A stretch of 64,000 nt of DNA. Source: Octopus vulgaris. Taxonomy: Eukaryota. The translations under genes were made by a program, and so were the position numbers. The stretch spans positions 146,506,001-146,570,000 of the forward strand of contig OX597817.1 of the NCBI GenBank assembly GCA_951406725.2, read 5' to 3'. The notes below the pieces were generated by a model. That model worked only from the letters and a program-made list of their open reading frames with translations. It searched no databases and was not told the origin of the DNA. Every line of letters starts with the position of its first letter. The stretch's first letter is position 1. This document shows, piece by piece, positions 62,010-64,000 of the stretch.

Positions 62010-62346
62010 ACAGCCTCCCCTGGCACCTGCGCCGGTGGCACGTAAAAAGCACCATCCGTACGTGGTCGATGCCAGTGCCACCTTGACTGGCTTCCGTGCC
62101 GGTGGCACGTAAAAAGGACCAATCGATCATGGCCGTTGCCAGCCTCCCCTGGCACCTATGCTAGTGGCATGTAAAAAGCACCCACTACACTCATGGAGTG
62201 GTTGGCATTAGGAAGGGCATCCAGCTGTAGAAACACTGCCAGATCAGACTGGAGCCTGATGCAGCCTCCTGGCTTCCCAGACCGTGGTTGAACCGTCCAA
62301 CTCATGCTAGCATGGAAAACGGACGTTAACCGATGATGATGATGAT
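62010..62346 (+). mobile_element. Retroelement family E with tandem GTGCCGGTGGCACGTAAAAAGCAC subunits and a (GAT)n tail
   Basis: Related copies at ~12890-13220, 21707-21915, 22880-23170, 28788-29190(-) and 63100-63370. Confidence 0.7.
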
Positions 62347-64000
62347 CTCAAGATGAATACCACAGTTAATTTGACTTTCTGTGATGTATCTGCATTAAAT
62401 ATTATATATAAATTGCTATTTTAAACTAATACTGTTTCTGTTGCACATAACAATTTTAATTTTTATTATTGAGTGCTTTAGTTGCGTATTCTCAAATAGA
62501 AAGAGGCTTGATATGTTCAGCAAATCAGTCTTTATGATGTTGAAGAGAATTACATTGCTCCATCTTCATTGAAAAATGAGAAACTCTCTCTACATTTACG
62601 GAGATGTACTTGCATAGCAAGTGACCTGATCTGAGATCGTGTGCTGGAACAAAAACAATTGCAGCATGGAAGGTGTTTATAAGCCATTTAAGAAACACAC
62701 AAAAACTGTTAGATTCACTTCAACATTTAAATTTAATTTGTCAAAATATTTTCATTGCTTTGATGCAATACCCTATCATTTATATTCTGACCCCCGTACC
62801 TTGAGGGTATGCCCTGGCACTTTGCCACCATCCATCTCTCCCTTGCTCTACTCTACCATCCCATTTATATTCTGATCCCTGTTCCATGCTTTGGCACTTT
62901 GCCACCATCCCTCTCCTGCTTTCTCTTGTATTCTTGCACTCTCTCTCTTTCTCTCTCTGTGACCAGATAACCATGTATCTCTTCTACAGCAAGACACCTG
63001 TTTCTGTCTCTCTTCACACTCTAACCTTTCATCATCTGACACAAGATCACCTCATCCAATGTCCTCTCCTCTCTGAAAGGATCTTTGTTTTGCTAATTAC
63101 TTGGTGACCCTGCCAATACTGGTGCCACATAAAAAGCATCCAGTCCACACTGTAAAGTGGTCAGCATTTGGAAGGGTATCCAGCTGTAAAAACCATACCA
63201 AAACTAACCTTGCCTGTGCACTCAGTCCACTCTTTGGGTTAGGTGATGTTAGTTTTTACAGCTGGGTGCGCTCCCTATGTCAAGATAGATAGTCTTCTGC
63301 CTAGCCAGCTCATGTCAAACTGTCCAACCCATGCCAGCATGGAAAGCAGACTTTAAATGATGGTGATGATATACATATACAATGCAGATATGGCTATAAT
63401 TCAAGCTGTGACCTCTTGAAATGCATCTGCTTATTCCAGTACTTCAAAGTGTTATTTGATTCTCTCTTTGAAGAATTTCTAATTGGAGATATCTTATGTT
63501 TCTCCTGCACGTACAATTTTGTAACTCCGATTAGCAAATGAAACCTATTGTTGGCATCCTTTTGTCTCAGGAGACAATGGAGTTGCACTTAAACTAATCC
63601 AGTCTGGTTTTTTATATTTCATGTCCTCTCCAGTCTTGTGCAGGCCTGGGCTGGATGTAAGAAAATCCTGGGTAGCCCAATCGTCAGGATTCCTCTCTCG
63701 ACCTTGTTGATATAATCCAAAGGAGTGCAGAGCATTACATTTAGCACCAGCTTGGTTGCAGGAGCTGCTGGAAGAGTGTTGAGTCAAACACTAAACCACC
63801 TACGGGGCTCCACTCCGGATTTCTTTGAAGGTTGTCTCCTTTCTGTAATCCTGGATAGGGGCTCATACCGGGTACTGTCAGCTGAGCCCGAGACTCGTGT
63901 CAGGCAGGGTCGTCACTCCCTGAAGCAGTGAAGAAAATCGCTACCCACTACCTACATGAAGCATGTGTAATGGTGAATAAATAATACCAAAAAATGTTCC

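Noticed and set aside
63380-64000. Possible ACAD9 exon 2 or LINE 5' region
   Set aside because: No match to the expected continuation (..YPE/FPE..) and too degenerate to classify.

Overview
AT-rich, repeat-dense eukaryotic genomic DNA. The SINE families and gene content suggest an octopod cephalopod (inference). One complete protein-coding gene lies on the minus strand: a chitobiase-type GH20 beta-N-acetylhexosaminidase with 7 coding exons (32233->16358), ~860 aa, GT-AG junctions that keep the reading frame, and no signal peptide. The first exon of a mitochondrial acyl-CoA dehydrogenase (ACAD9-like) lies on the plus strand at 54981-55238; its next exon was not found in the window. Between the two genes is a nested transposon stack: an RTE LINE, a Tx1 LINE holding a solo LTR, an R4/Dong-like LINE, and an unclassified (AAT)n-flanked element that hosts a Mutator-like MITE, a full-length but disabled Gypsy-type LTR element and a Merlin-like MITE. 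The most striking observation concerns that Gypsy element. It lacks a canonical TGG primer-binding site; instead, the 12 nt abutting its 5' LTR are the exact reverse complement of the 5'-terminal 12 nt of metazoan tRNA-Phe(GAA) as I recall it, which suggests priming by a cleaved 5' tRNA fragment. The rest of the window holds tRNA-derived SINEs, CR1/CRE/RTE fragments, mariner/Merlin relics, MITEs, a non-autonomous Helitron and Penelope-like hammerhead remnants. All calls were made by eye, with no database searches.
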